From contig DAHVRZ010000003.1 in the NCBI GenBank assembly GCA_027324805.1, forward strand, positions 1,294 through 65,293: DNA of 64,000 nt, in the 5' to 3' direction. Origin of the DNA: Candidatus Parcubacteria bacterium (GTDB lineage: Bacteria; Patescibacteriota; Minisyncoccia; UBA6257; 2-01-FULL-56-20). Within the stretch, counting starts at the first letter, position 1, and every line of letters starts with the position of its first letter. Positions 9,853 through 17,942 of this stretch are shown here, in pieces. The notes beneath the pieces were generated by a model, which was given only the letters and a program-made list of their open reading frames with translations, did no database searches and was not told the DNA's origin. The position numbers and the translations under genes were made by a program.

Positions 9853-11559
9853 ATGAACGCCGAAGAAAAGACCTGTCAGAATTGCAAAGCGGCGTTCACG
9901 GTTGAGCCGGAGGATTTTTCATATTATGAGAAAGTGAAGGTGCCGCCGCCGACGTTCTGCCCGGACTGCCGGCTGCAGCGCCGGCTCGCATTCATGAATC
10001 TCTCGAACCTTTACCGCCGGAAATGCGATCTTTGTAAAAAGGACGGGCTATCCATGTTCCACCTCTCTGCGCCGTACAGAGTATATTGCCACGAATGCTG
10101 GTGGTCGGACGCATGGGATCCTTTCGAGTATGGCCGCGATGTGGATTTCAGCAGGCCATTCCTAGAGCAATATAACGAGCTTTTGCACGAAGTGCCCGTT
10201 ATTGGGCTTACGGTTGACACGACGAACGTGAATTCGCCATACGTGAACCTTGCGGGACACGTAAAGAATTCATATCTCATATTTCATGCCGACTTCGACG
10301 AGGATTGCCTCTATGGATTTTATGTCGTGAACAATAAGAGCCTCGTCGATTGCTCGCTCATGATGAACTCGGAGCTCTGCTACGATTCCATGCACGCGTA
10401 CAAGTGCAGTGGATGTGTCGGATTGCGAAGCCAGGTGACGGAGTCGCTGAACAGCGCCTTCCTTAAGGATTGTGATAATTGCCAGGATTGCTTCGGGTCG
10501 GCGAATCTTCGAGGGAAGAAATACTATATCTTCAATGAGCCGTATTCCCGCGAGGGATATATCGAGGAGATGAAAAAGTGGAACCTTGGCTCATATGCGA
10601 TTTACAAGGATGCCGAACGCCGCGCGAACGAGGCATGGAAGAGCGTGCCGCCATGCCCGTATTTCATGGATTTCTCGGTGAACTGTACGGGGAATAATAT
10701 TTTCGAATCGAAGAACTGCAGGGATTCGTTCGAAGTGATCGCCGCCCAGGATTCGCGGTTTGTCATGATGCAATATCTGCCGACCACGAAAGATTGTTAT
10801 GACACGACGAGTTGGGGGAATAATGCGTCGCTGTGCTATGAGGCATCGAATGTCGGAGAAGGTGCGGCACAGGTCCGTTTTTCGCAGGAGTCGGGGATTA
10901 ATGCGTTCGATATCGAGTACTCGAAAGCGGCGCTGAACGGCGCGCGGCACCAGTTCGGATGCAGTGCCATCCGCAAAACGCCGTACTGCATCCTCAATAA
11001 GGCCTATTCGGAAAATGAATACAAGATACTTCGGAAGAAGGTGATCGCACATATGGACGCGATGCCGTATACCGATATGGCGGGAAATATTTATCGCTAC
11101 GGTGAATTTTTTCCGCTGGAATTCATGCCGTTCCCGTACAATATTACCCTGGCAAACAGCTTCTTTCCGCTCGCCAAAGAAAAGGCGGTGGCGAAAGGAT
11201 TGCGTTGGCATGATGACGAACCGTCGACGTATGCGACAACAATAAAGGCCGCCGACCTCCCCGATCATATCAGGGATATCGATGATGCCATCCTGAAGGA
11301 AGTGATTGCTTGTGCGAAGTGCGGTCGGGGGTATCGTGTCATCGAAGCAGAGCTGCGTTTTCTGAAGGGCCGCAATCTGCCGTTGCCGCGCGAGTGCCCG
11401 TTCTGCCGTATTGCGGAAAAGATAGGGCTTTGGGCGGCACGCCGGAAAATGACGGAGCGAAACTGCGCGGAATGCGGCGCGACATTCGAGGCGTGCTATA
11501 CCCAGGCCGAAGCGCCGCGGATCCTTTGTAAAAGCTGCTGGCAGAAACAGCTTCCGTAA
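9853..11559 (+). CDS. Cys-rich multi-zinc-ribbon repeat protein, copy 2 of 5
   Basis: Start MNAEEKTCQNC at ATG 9853 by alignment with the paralogs; same motif order. Confidence 0.9.
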   Translation: MNAEEKTCQNCKAAFTVEPEDFSYYEKVKVPPPTFCPDCRLQRRLAFMNLSNLYRRKCDLCKKDGLSMFHLSAPYRVYCHECWWSDAWDPFEYGRDVDFSRPFLEQYNELLHEVPVIGLTVDTTNVNSPYVNLAGHVKNSYLIFHADFDEDCLYGFYVVNNKSLVDCSLMMNSELCYDSMHAYKCSGCVGLRSQVTESLNSAFLKDCDNCQDCFGSANLRGKKYYIFNEPYSREGYIEEMKKWNLGSYAIYKDAERRANEAWKSVPPCPYFMDFSVNCTGNNIFESKNCRDSFEVIAAQDSRFVMMQYLPTTKDCYDTTSWGNNASLCYEASNVGEGAAQVRFSQESGINAFDIEYSKAALNGARHQFGCSAIRKTPYCILNKAYSENEYKILRKKVIAHMDAMPYTDMAGNIYRYGEFFPLEFMPFPYNITLANSFFPLAKEKAVAKGLRWHDDEPSTYATTIKAADLPDHIRDIDDAILKEVIACAKCGRGYRVIEAELRFLKGRNLPLPRECPFCRIAEKIGLWAARRKMTERNCAECGATFEACYTQAEAPRILCKSCWQKQLP

Positions 11560-11565
11560 CGCATA

Positions 11566-13353
11566 ATGATAGAAAATATGGAAACAAAGGTTTGTGCGAA
11601 TTGCGGAACGAAGTTCGAAGTCTCGTCCCAGGCGTCGGCGTTCCAGGCGAAGATCGGGGTGCCCTCGCCAACGTTCTGTCGCGACTGCCGCGTGGCGCGC
11701 CGCATGGCATTCCGCAATGAACGAGTGCTTTATAAAAAGAAGTGCGACGCGCCGGGGCACGATGAGATGATTGTTTCCGTCTTTGCGACGGAGAGCAAGC
11801 AACGCACCTACGACCACGCGGCATGGTGGGGTGACGCATGGGATCCTCTCGATTATGGTCGCGATATTGATTTCACCAAGCCGTTTCTCCAGCAGATCAG
11901 GGAGCTTTGGCCCGAGGTGCCTGACGTTTCGGTTCTCAATATCAACCCGGTAAACAGCGATTACTGCAACATCACCGAAGGTAACAAGAACTGCTATCTC
12001 GTTTACGGCGGCGACTTCAATGAGAACACGTCCTATTCGACCTATATCTTTCGCAGTAAGGAGTCGCTCGACACGTATTGGATACAGAACTCAGAATTCA
12101 ATTATGAGACGATTGATTGCACCGAAGGTTCGAAGCTCCTCTGGAGCCGCTACTGCGAAGGCTGTTATAACAGTGCATTCTTGTTCAATTGTCGCCACTG
12201 CCACGACTGCTTTGGCTGCGCGAATCTCGTGAATAAATCCTACTGCTTTTTCAATGAGCAGCTTACCAAGGAGGAATATGAAAAAAGGATCAAGGAATTC
12301 GATCTCTCAAGCCATGAGGGTGTGGAGCGAGCAAGGGCCCGATTCGCGGAACATTCCCTCAAATATCCCCGGCGTTTTGCGCGGATGATCAAGGCGGTGA
12401 ATTCGACCGGCGACAATATTGAGAATTGCCGCAATTGCGAGCGCTGTTTCGATGTTTTCCAGGGTGCCGAAAATTGCTCGGACGTTTTCCTTGTCTATTC
12501 GAACGTGAAGGACAGCATTGATGCGGACCACTGCGGACAGGCAAGCGAGCTCGCATACGAATCCTCGGCGGTGTATCCGGGCAGTCGCGTGCTTTTCTCG
12601 CGTTTCATCTTTAATGCGAATAATATCCAGTATTCCTACAACTGCCACAACTCCAACGATCTTTTCGGATGCATCGGTATCCGCAACAAGCAGTACTGCA
12701 TCCTCAACAGGCAATATTCAAAAGAAGAGTACGAGGGACTGGTGCCGAAGATCATCCGGCATATGAAGGAAATGCCGTATATTGACAGTCGGGGCATAAA
12801 ATACGGCTACGGAGAATTCTTTCCTGTGGAATTTTCACCGTTCGCATACAATGAGACGATCGCGCAGGAAATGTACCCGATCTCCCAAGGGCAGGCGGAA
12901 CAGTATGGCCTCCCGTGGCGCGCCCCGGAAGAAAAAGGATATGCGCCGACGAAGCACGCAAATGAACTTCCTGATCGCATTGCGGATGTGGACGATTCGA
13001 TCCTTAAGGAGATCATCGAGTGCTCGCACGGAGGAAATTGCAACGATCAGTGCACGAGGGCGTTCCGGATCATACCCTCAGAGCTTGCGTTCTACCGCCA
13101 TCTTGGCATTCCGCTCCCGCGCCTTTGTCCGATGTGCCGACACTTCGAGCGTGTCCGCCGGCGCAATCCGTATCGCCTCTGGCACCGGAAGTGCCAGTGT
13201 GCCGGAGCGGCGACCGAGAGAGGGGATTATAAGAATCTTGGCATGCATGCGCACGGCCAAGCGCACTGCGCGAATGAATTCGAAACGAGCTACGATCCGA
13301 AGCGGCCGGAAGCCGTATATTGCGAGGAGTGCTACCAGCAGGAGGTTATGTGA
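11566..13353 (+). CDS. Cys-rich multi-zinc-ribbon repeat protein, copy 3 of 5
   Basis: CANC...PTFCRDCR, FGCIGIRNKQYCILN, YGEFFP, VYCEECY. Confidence 0.9.
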   Translation: MIENMETKVCANCGTKFEVSSQASAFQAKIGVPSPTFCRDCRVARRMAFRNERVLYKKKCDAPGHDEMIVSVFATESKQRTYDHAAWWGDAWDPLDYGRDIDFTKPFLQQIRELWPEVPDVSVLNINPVNSDYCNITEGNKNCYLVYGGDFNENTSYSTYIFRSKESLDTYWIQNSEFNYETIDCTEGSKLLWSRYCEGCYNSAFLFNCRHCHDCFGCANLVNKSYCFFNEQLTKEEYEKRIKEFDLSSHEGVERARARFAEHSLKYPRRFARMIKAVNSTGDNIENCRNCERCFDVFQGAENCSDVFLVYSNVKDSIDADHCGQASELAYESSAVYPGSRVLFSRFIFNANNIQYSYNCHNSNDLFGCIGIRNKQYCILNRQYSKEEYEGLVPKIIRHMKEMPYIDSRGIKYGYGEFFPVEFSPFAYNETIAQEMYPISQGQAEQYGLPWRAPEEKGYAPTKHANELPDRIADVDDSILKEIIECSHGGNCNDQCTRAFRIIPSELAFYRHLGIPLPRLCPMCRHFERVRRRNPYRLWHRKCQCAGAATERGDYKNLGMHAHGQAHCANEFETSYDPKRPEAVYCEECYQQEVM

Positions 13354-13354
13354 C

Positions 13355-13393
13355 AAAAAAAGACCCGCCAAACCAAAAAGGTTCGTCGGGTCA
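13355..13393 (-). terminator. Terminator of the minus-strand ORFan (may be bidirectional)
   Basis: GACCCG...CGGGTC stem with a run of T on the minus strand. Confidence 0.55.
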
Positions 13394-14014
13394 GGATAGA
13401 GCGATCATGGGACGCTGTTTCCGCTTCAGTATCCAAATGAAGACAAGAACAGTGGAGCACATCATCATGGCGCGGATGGGATAGAGCGTCGCAAGGAGAT
13501 CGTGGCCCGAAGCCGCAACATAGATGCCAAGGATCGCGGCGGCCATTTCCGCGGTCCAAATGGACGGCGGCTCCGGCGTGCCCGGCCGCTTCCATGTCCA
13601 CAGTCGGCGATAGGTCGGATAATAGGCGACCGTCATGACGACCTGGAACCCTCCGACGCCCACGAGCGGCATATGCACCTCCAGCCAGGCAATGAAGGTT
13701 GCGGCGGAGATGGCAAGGCATATCCATTCGTTCGGATGGAATCGGATGCCTTCCTTTCGGTTTTTCACAATGAGCGTCCCGAGAATGAAGGTCACTGCGA
13801 GACAGTCCGTCGTATTCGCGACGTTGCGCACAAGATCGTGCGACGGCGCCGAAAGATAGGTGACGAGGCTCATGATGACGCCTATTTCAAAGATGATCCA
13901 GGTTGCGATCGGCGGATGCGCTTCTCCGCGGGCGATCTTCAGACAATAGGCCCCTCCCATGAAAAGGATAAGGGAGGCGGACGCCATCGCCGCAAAGGAT
14001 GGGAGCAGTCCCAT
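13391..14014 (-). CDS. Multi-pass membrane hypothetical protein inserted antisense in the array
   Basis: 207 aa with about 6-7 hydrophobic segments; GGAGG SD upstream. Confidence 0.7.
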   Translation of the reverse strand: MGLLPSFAAMASASLILFMGGAYCLKIARGEAHPPIATWIIFEIGVIMSLVTYLSAPSHDLVRNVANTTDCLAVTFILGTLIVKNRKEGIRFHPNEWICLAISAATFIAWLEVHMPLVGVGGFQVVMTVAYYPTYRRLWTWKRPGTPEPPSIWTAEMAAAILGIYVAASGHDLLATLYPIRAMMMCSTVLVFIWILKRKQRPMIALS

Positions 14015-14046
14015 AACATCCTCCAGGGAGTGGATTTGCTGGCCGA

Positions 14047-14075
14047 ATTATAACCAATGTACGCAATTTATGCAA
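14047..14075 (-). promoter_or_regulatory. sigma70 promoter of ORF 13391-14014
   Basis: TTGCAT-17nt-TATAAT on the minus strand; back-to-back with TGGTACGAT (14078-14086, +) in front of copy 4. Confidence 0.6.
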
Positions 14076-14102
14076 TATGGTACGATAAGCGATATTGAGC
14101 AT

Positions 14103-15836
14103 ATGGATCAGACGACCGCAACCTGCACGAGCTGTAAATCGCCGTTCGTGATCGAATCCGATGACCTCATTTTCTATAAAAAATTCGGTGTCCCTGCGCC
14201 GAAGATGTGCTTTTTTTGCCGTTCGCGTCTCCGCCTCGCATTCAAGAATGAACGATCGTATTACCATCGAAGGTGCGACAAATGCGGTAAAGAAACCATC
14301 TCGATGTACAGCACGAATAAACCATATGCCGTATGGTGCTACGATTGCTGGTTCTCCGATGATTGGGATGCCGCGGAATATGCGCGGGACTATGATCCTT
14401 CAAAACCGTTTCTTGAACAATTCGCCGAACTTTGGCGCTCGATGCCCAAGGTAGCACTCATCGGCGTTCGCAACGTGAACTCCGAGTATGTGAATATTTC
14501 GGCGGACAATAAGGAATGTTATATGATCGTGGAATCTTCGAACAATGAGAATTGCGCCCATTGCTATTGGATCCAACAATGCCATGACTGCGTTGACACT
14601 TCGTTTGCGCACCGCACGGAACTTTCCTATGAGAGCGACGATTGCTATAGCTGCTATGGTTTACGCTACAGCAAAGGATGCAGTGACAGCCGGGACAGTT
14701 TTTTTCTCCTTGATTGTCGGGGATGTTCGGATTGCATCGGTTGCATGAATCTTCGCAATAGAAAATATTGCATATTCAACGAGCAACTCACAAAGGAGGA
14801 ATATGAGAAGGCGAAGGACGGTATGCGGCTCGATACGGCGAGCGGTGTCGCGGCGGTCGGGAAGAATTTTTCAGACTTTGTGAAAACCCAGCCACTTCGT
14901 TATGCGGAGGTCTACAACGCTCCCGGATCGAGCGGCGATTATATCAACAATGCGAAAAATTGTCGTTATTGTTTTCATTGCTATGAATCCGAGGATTCTA
15001 AATACGGCGTCCATGTATGGGAAGGGGCGAAGGACTGCATGGATGTCGATACTGCCGGCCGCGGCGCCGAACACGTATACAATGCCATCAATTCCGGCAT
15101 CAATGTTTCGCATTACGTAGGTACGGCCGTCTGCTGGAGCTGTTCGTTCATGGAATATTCCTATTATTGCTTCAATTCAAACCATTGCTTCGGTTCCGTT
15201 GGACTCAGGAAAAAAGATTATCACATTCTTAATAAGCCATATGAGAAGGAGGAATTTGAAGTGTTGAGAGGAAAAATAGTCGCCGAGATGCGGGGAAAAG
15301 GGGAATATGGAGAATTTTTCCCGCCGGCCATAAGCACATTCGGTTACAACGAAAGTGCTGCGCAGGAGCAGTTTCCCCTTACGAAGGAAGGGGCCATCGC
15401 GCTCGGATTCTCATGGGAAGATACGCCGCGCGGAACATTTGGCAAAGAGACCATAGCATGGGAGAGCATCCCCGACTCGATACGGGACCTCGGAGCCTTG
15501 GATCCGGCAAAGGAAGTGTTTTTGTGCACCAAGTGTTCGAAGAACTATCGGATTATCCCGGCCGAACTGCAATTCTATAAGCGGCTCGAGATACCTTTAC
15601 CGCGGCTTTGCCCCGATTGCAGGCATGAACGCCGCTTTGCCGCGCGCGGACCGAACCAGCTCTTTGAGCGCTCATGTAGCTGTTCGGGGTATGGATTGGC
15701 CGGTAGCACCTATGCGAACGCTTCGCGCCATTTCCATGGCAATGGCGAATGTCCCAACAAATTTATGACAAATTATACTCCAGATTATGATGGCATGGTG
15801 TACTGTGAGCAATGCTATAACGCTGAAATTACATGA
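14103..15836 (+). CDS. Cys-rich multi-zinc-ribbon repeat protein, copy 4 of 5
   Basis: Start MDQTTATCTSC at ATG 14103 by alignment; CIGCMNLRNRKYCIFN, YGEFFP, VYCEQCY. Confidence 0.9.
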   Translation: MDQTTATCTSCKSPFVIESDDLIFYKKFGVPAPKMCFFCRSRLRLAFKNERSYYHRRCDKCGKETISMYSTNKPYAVWCYDCWFSDDWDAAEYARDYDPSKPFLEQFAELWRSMPKVALIGVRNVNSEYVNISADNKECYMIVESSNNENCAHCYWIQQCHDCVDTSFAHRTELSYESDDCYSCYGLRYSKGCSDSRDSFFLLDCRGCSDCIGCMNLRNRKYCIFNEQLTKEEYEKAKDGMRLDTASGVAAVGKNFSDFVKTQPLRYAEVYNAPGSSGDYINNAKNCRYCFHCYESEDSKYGVHVWEGAKDCMDVDTAGRGAEHVYNAINSGINVSHYVGTAVCWSCSFMEYSYYCFNSNHCFGSVGLRKKDYHILNKPYEKEEFEVLRGKIVAEMRGKGEYGEFFPPAISTFGYNESAAQEQFPLTKEGAIALGFSWEDTPRGTFGKETIAWESIPDSIRDLGALDPAKEVFLCTKCSKNYRIIPAELQFYKRLEIPLPRLCPDCRHERRFAARGPNQLFERSCSCSGYGLAGSTYANASRHFHGNGECPNKFMTNYTPDYDGMVYCEQCYNAEIT

Positions 15837-16105
15837 TTGAAACCGACATAGCGAATGAAATAAATACGATTAAAGAACGTAATCGTCGCGTGGAAGCGGA
15901 TAAGGCTTGGGAGAGGAGTATGCTTCGGATAGGCTCTATCACCGTTATCACATATATCATTGCGGCGTTCGTTATGTATACTATCGGGGTCAATGGATAT
16001 CTCCTGAATGCACTCATCCCGTCCATTGGATATTTTCTCTCCACTCAATCGCTTCCTGCAATAAAACAATGGTGGATCCGCCGTTGCTATAAAAAAGAGA
16101 AATGA
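15833..16105 (+). CDS. Small membrane protein
   Basis: ERNRRVEADKAWE followed by two TM helices; ATGA overlaps on both sides. Confidence 0.75.
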   Translation: MIETDIANEINTIKERNRRVEADKAWERSMLRIGSITVITYIIAAFVMYTIGVNGYLLNALIPSIGYFLSTQSLPAIKQWWIRRCYKKEK

Positions 16106-17895
16106 ACGCCGCCGAAACAAAGATCTGCTTAAACTGCGATGCGGTCTTCACTATTGAGCTGGAGGATTTTGCGTTCTACGGTAAATTGAACGTTCCACCG
16201 CCAACGCGATGCCCCCGCTGCCGGCTTCGGCGACGGCTTTCCTTCATGAACGAGCGGTCGCTTTACCGAAGCATATGCGCACATTGCGGGAAGAAGATCC
16301 TCTCGGTTTTTTCGCCAGGCTCCCGCCGCCTCGTATACTGTCCTGCTTGCTGGTGGTCTGATGTCTGGGATCCGATGGACTACGGCACCCAATACGATTT
16401 TTCGCGCCCATTCTTCGCCCAATACAGGGAGCTTCTCGAAAGGATCCCGCATCCTTCGCGGGAAACGGTCGAAAGCACTCTCGTGAACAGTGATTATTGC
16501 AATATCACGTCGTACCTCAAAAATTCTTACCTCGTCTTCAATTCGGACTATGATGAGGATTGTGCGTACAGCTCTTACTTGGAACGAAGTTCCCGTTGTG
16601 TTGATATTACGATGGGAGATCTTTCGGAACTTTGCTACGAAAGCCATAATATCTACAAATGCAATCGCGTTATTTTCTCCGACAACTGCAATGAGTGTGT
16701 CGACGTCGCATTCTCGAAGGATTGCATTGGATGCGAACATTGCTTCGGATGCGTGAACCTGCGAAACAAGCAGTATTATATTTTCAACCGGCCATTCACC
16801 AAAGAGACGTATTTCCAGGAGATTGAAAAATACGACATTGGATCGTATAGGGTCCGGCAGGAACTGACCGAACGACTCAATGCGCTCAGCCGCTCCCTGC
16901 CCAAACGATATGCGCATGGCCTTAAAAATCTGAATGTGAAGGGGGATTTCATTTTCAATTCCAAAAATGTCACGGAAAGCTATGAGGTGACCGACGCGAA
17001 GGACTGCAAATACTGTCATTTCCTTTTCATCGCCTCCACAAACGATGCTTATGATTTTACGATGTGGGGCGGGGGTGCCGAGCGCGTATATGAATGCATG
17101 GGTACCGGAGGAGGGCAGAGCGATATCCGTTTCTGTTACGAATGCTGGTCCTCCGATACGCGCAATCTCGAATACTGTATGTATTCTCAAGGAAGCGACC
17201 TTTTCGGATGCATGGGGGTGCGAAAGAAACAGTATTGCATTCTCAATAAACAATATTCAAAAGAGGAATACGAGGCGCTCCACAGCCGGATACTTGAGCA
17301 GATGAGATCAATGCCTTACATTGACGCAAAGGGAAATACGTATTCGTACGGCGAATTTTTTCCATCGGAAATATCGCCATTCAATTATCGCGAGACGATG
17401 GCGCAGATGTACTTTCCGCTTACGCAGGCGGAAGTTGTCGCGCAGGGATTCAATGGCAAGCATTTTGACGAGGCGAAGCATTACGATATAAGCATTGACG
17501 CCCCCGGATTGCCGGACAACATAAAAGACGTTCGGGATTCTATAACCGATGAGATTATAGGATGCGTCCATCGGGGGACATGCGGGGAGCAGTGCACGAC
17601 GGCGTTCAGGATCACGCCGACCGAACTTGAGTTCTATCGGCATATGGGCTTGCCTCTGCCGAGGTTATGTCCCAATTGCCGTCATTATGCACGGTTGTCC
17701 GACGGTCCCGGTTTGGATTTTTTCGAACGGCAATGCATGTGTCTTGGTCAAAGCTCCAAAGAGGGGCATTATCGGAACCTCTCGGTGCACGCTCACGGCG
17801 TTCATCCATGCACCAACACCTTTGAAACCGCGTATGCTCTCGATCGTCGCGAGACCGTCTATTGCGAACAGTGCTATCAGGCGGAAACGGTATGA
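16102..17895 (+). CDS. Cys-rich multi-zinc-ribbon repeat protein, copy 5 of 5
   Basis: CLNC...PTRCPRCR, CFGCVNLRNKQY, YGEFFP, VYCEQCY. Confidence 0.9.
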   Translation: MNAAETKICLNCDAVFTIELEDFAFYGKLNVPPPTRCPRCRLRRRLSFMNERSLYRSICAHCGKKILSVFSPGSRRLVYCPACWWSDVWDPMDYGTQYDFSRPFFAQYRELLERIPHPSRETVESTLVNSDYCNITSYLKNSYLVFNSDYDEDCAYSSYLERSSRCVDITMGDLSELCYESHNIYKCNRVIFSDNCNECVDVAFSKDCIGCEHCFGCVNLRNKQYYIFNRPFTKETYFQEIEKYDIGSYRVRQELTERLNALSRSLPKRYAHGLKNLNVKGDFIFNSKNVTESYEVTDAKDCKYCHFLFIASTNDAYDFTMWGGGAERVYECMGTGGGQSDIRFCYECWSSDTRNLEYCMYSQGSDLFGCMGVRKKQYCILNKQYSKEEYEALHSRILEQMRSMPYIDAKGNTYSYGEFFPSEISPFNYRETMAQMYFPLTQAEVVAQGFNGKHFDEAKHYDISIDAPGLPDNIKDVRDSITDEIIGCVHRGTCGEQCTTAFRITPTELEFYRHMGLPLPRLCPNCRHYARLSDGPGLDFFERQCMCLGQSSKEGHYRNLSVHAHGVHPCTNTFETAYALDRRETVYCEQCYQAETV

Positions 17896-17942
17896 CCGCG
17901 GCTTCAGGCCGCGCCCAAATAGTGTTATAATTGTTTTGAGAT

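Noticed and set aside
8034..17895. Cys-rich proteins as multiheme cytochromes or ferredoxins
   Set aside because: CxxCH occurs only sporadically (CRHCH in copy 3, CKYCH in copy 5), is not conserved across copies, and there is no signal peptide; the CxxCxxCxxC runs lack the ferredoxin CxxCxxCxxxCP spacing
8034..17895. Diversity-generating retroelement target array
   Set aside because: No reverse transcriptase and no ~100-nt TR/VR pair with adenine-specific mismatches seen; the 46-nt match is short and lies in a conserved N-terminal coding motif
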